A stretch of DNA of 64,000 nucleotides, taken from Mobula hypostoma (taxonomy: Eukaryota). Location of the stretch: positions 2,170,001 through 2,234,000 of the forward strand of contig NC_086098.1 in the NCBI RefSeq assembly GCF_963921235.1. Direction: 5' to 3'. Every line of letters starts with the position of its first letter. Position 1 is the stretch's first letter. This document shows, in pieces, positions 63,426 to 64,000 of the stretch. Position numbers and translations under genes: made by a program. The notes under the pieces are model-generated. The model was not told the origin of the DNA and searched no databases. It saw only the letters and a program-made list of their open reading frames with translations.

Positions 63426-64000
63426 CGAGTCATATTTGGTCGTCTTCAGGAACGTCACCAATCAGTACTTCCCTGAACAGTTTTGGAAGAGGTTAGCAAA
63501 TTCAATAATATTGGACTTAACATTCTTTCAGCTGACAGTATAATGGTTTCAGAAATAATTGCAATCAATCTTCACCATGTAAATTTTAAAAGGATAATAA
63601 ATTAGCCATAAGTACTTTTACATGAGTCTAAATTGCAGGACAATGAAAATTATAAATTATAATAGCTTCTATACAAAGATGGATTAGAAAGGCCATTTGA
63701 AAACTAGAGGCAGAAGACAGCATTAACTCCTTTGAGGTGAATAACACATTCACATTGAGTAATGCAGTAAGATTCTCTCATTTTGGAAAATCAGAGATTA
63801 TTTAAATATAAATGCTTATTTGAATACATGTCCGTAAGTGTTCCAACCGTATAATATGCAACATTTGAATGCCATTAATGCAAACGAAAAGTGCTGTAAC
63901 TAGTCACATTTAGCACAGTAAGTATTTAACTTTGAAATAAGTGTTCAATTTTGGGATGCAATTTAGGAAGCCTTGGGGACAAAGAAGTCGAAGAAGTAAC

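Noticed and set aside
63440..63487. Plus-strand 42-nt exon NVTNQYFPEQFWKR
   Set aside because: Weak donor (GTTAGC), short pyrimidine tract and no homology recognised

Overview
This is eukaryotic (vertebrate) genomic DNA that is dominated by repeats. The mix of CR1-type LINEs with (TTCTATGT)n-like tails, V-SINEs, Rex1/Babar-type LINEs and abundant Penelope-like elements (PLEs) suggests a cartilaginous fish, probably a ray (inference). The recognisable ORFs in the track are broken LINE reverse transcriptase, APE endonuclease or ORF1 esterase pieces, PLE GIY-YIG remnants, a Tc1 transposase remnant, or antisense shadows of these; the rest are short and unrecognised. No intact host gene could be identified. 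Also present are a solo LTR (TGTAAC...GTTACA, 4-bp TSD), a piggyBac-type MITE (TTAA), tRNA-derived SINEs and several minisatellites, often deeply nested. The most notable signal is three distinct families of minimal type I hammerhead ribozyme motifs (CTGAnGA...GAAACGTC) in PLE terminal repeats. Family A has more than 10 copies and also occurs as short fold-back inserts with 8-15 bp target duplications. Other leads are an inverted duplication (CR1 tail plus about 170 bp of flank) bracketing a candidate minus-strand exon, a few weak candidate exons, and a compact three-way-junction structure. TE boundaries are approximate unless a TSD is given.
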